From: Spirochaetia bacterium
GTDB taxonomy: Bacteria; Spirochaetota; Leptospiria; Turneriellales; JAOUOS01
Reading direction: 5' to 3'
Length of the DNA: 64,000 nucleotides
Assembly: GCA_029880285.1 (NCBI GenBank)
Contig: JAOUOS010000001.1
Span: 131,131-195,130 of the forward strand
Shown here: positions 63,503 to 64,000 of the stretch, piece after piece
Position numbering within the stretch: the first letter of the stretch is position 1
Layout of the letters: each line of letters opens with the position of its first letter
Program-made: the position numbers and the translations under genes
Notes under the pieces: generated by a model
The model's database searches: none
Told to the model about the DNA's origin: nothing
Seen by the model: the letters and a program-made list of their open reading frames with translations, nothing else

Positions 63503-64000
63503 AAAAAACATTAGTTAATGATACCAAAATTGCTTTAGTTGAAGACGATGATTCTATTCGACAGTTGATAGAATTAAATTTAAAGCATGAAAAATATCAG
63601 GTTCATTCTTTTTTTAGTACCGAACAGCTTGAAAGAAAATTTAAAATTTCTGAATTTGATATTCTTTTGTTAGATATTATGCTACCTGGTGAAAATGGTC
63701 TTATTTTCGCTGAAAGACTAAACAAAAATAATATTTCTATTCCTATTTTATTTATATCAGCCCTAGGACAGGAAGATAAAATTCAAAAAGCCTATGAATT
63801 AGGCGCTATTGATTATATTGTTAAACCTTTTTCAATAGAAACACTTTTGGCAAAAATACGAAATCTTCTAAAACATTTTATTCGAAGAGAAACCGGGGCG
63901 CTACCTTCTAAAATAGGTAAAGCCGTTATCGACTGGGATCTTTTAAAAGTTAAAAATGATGAAGAGATTTTAATTTTATCACCAAAGGAAGCCGAAGCCC
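63484..64000 (+). CDS. OmpR-family response regulator (partial; runs off the 3' window edge)
   Basis: Hand-translated from ATG 63484: MPDSEIEKTLVNDTKIALVEDDDSIRQLI...ILLLDIMLPGENG...ISALG...IDYIVKPF, followed by the start of a winged-helix domain (LSPKEAEA). It overlaps the kinase stop by 19 nt. It is not in the ORF track because it has no stop in the window. Confidence 0.85.
   Translation, partial: MPDSEIEKTLVNDTKIALVEDDDSIRQLIELNLKHEKYQVHSFFSTEQLERKFKISEFDILLLDIMLPGENGLIFAERLNKNNISIPILFISALGQEDKIQKAYELGAIDYIVKPFSIETLLAKIRNLLKHFIRRETGALPSKIGKAVIDWDLLKVKNDEEILILSPKEAEA

Noticed and set aside
1-64000. CRISPR arrays, transposases, integrases, prophage or toxin-antitoxin/defence modules
   Set aside because: I looked for regularly spaced direct repeats and for hallmark motifs (DDE, tyrosine recombinase R-H-R-Y context, Cas, restriction/AAA defence proteins) in the translations and found none. 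The window appears to be core chromosome.

Overview
This is a very gene-dense, AT-rich bacterial chromosomal window with about 60 CDS, one tmRNA and almost no intergenic space. I saw no CRISPR array, transposase, integrase or phage genes.

Gene content points to a spirochaete, probably Leptospira-like; this is an inference, not a database result. The supporting genes are a hemA / hemC-hemD fusion / hemL cluster followed by an embedded two-component system, CheX-type phosphatase modules, a radical-SAM/SPASM protein fused to a nucleotidyltransferase-like domain, PEGA and Big_2 lipoproteins, and several STAS proteins.

Order of features along the window:
- A TPR protein that runs off the 5' edge; it is missing from the ORF track and was hand-translated.
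- Housekeeping block 1: pgpA-pgsA-rimO-rodZ-like-lolA-like, then glyQ.
- A PseG-like / SpsF-like / rSAM-SPASM trio.
- Housekeeping block 2: surA-like, murG, an HD protein, a methyltransferase and DAHP synthase.
- A dksA-like gene and a degenerate UDG-like gene.
- ssrA (tmRNA) on the minus strand, also not in the ORF track.
- A cheY-PEGA pair.
- An amidohydrolase whose catalytic HxH motif lies upstream of any canonical start codon.
- A chemotaxis operon: cheA with a C-terminal CheC/CheX-like domain, two cheY genes, and a CheX-REC-PilZ protein.
- lptF/G, coaX and htrA.
- A nuoCDEFHJKLMN operon with no A, B, G or I in or beside it.
- A Big_2 lipoprotein, an SSF symporter, and a 985-aa zincin/beta-propeller/Omp85 outer-membrane protein.
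- remA, two STAS proteins, hemH, pdxH, an MFS transporter and a Na/Pi transporter.
- The hem cluster with a histidine kinase and an OmpR-type response regulator that runs off the 3' edge.

Most interesting observations:
1. The CheX-REC-PilZ tri-domain protein, taken together with the CheA-CheX fusion, suggests a c-di-GMP-linked CheY-P phosphatase circuit.
2. The uncharacterised PseG/SpsF/rSAM-SPASM gene trio.
3. A ~180-nt GC-rich, fully nested, helix-forming intergenic element between the Na/Pi transporter and hemA.
4. The reduced nuo operon.

All functional calls rest on motifs read by eye from the translations. No searches were run.
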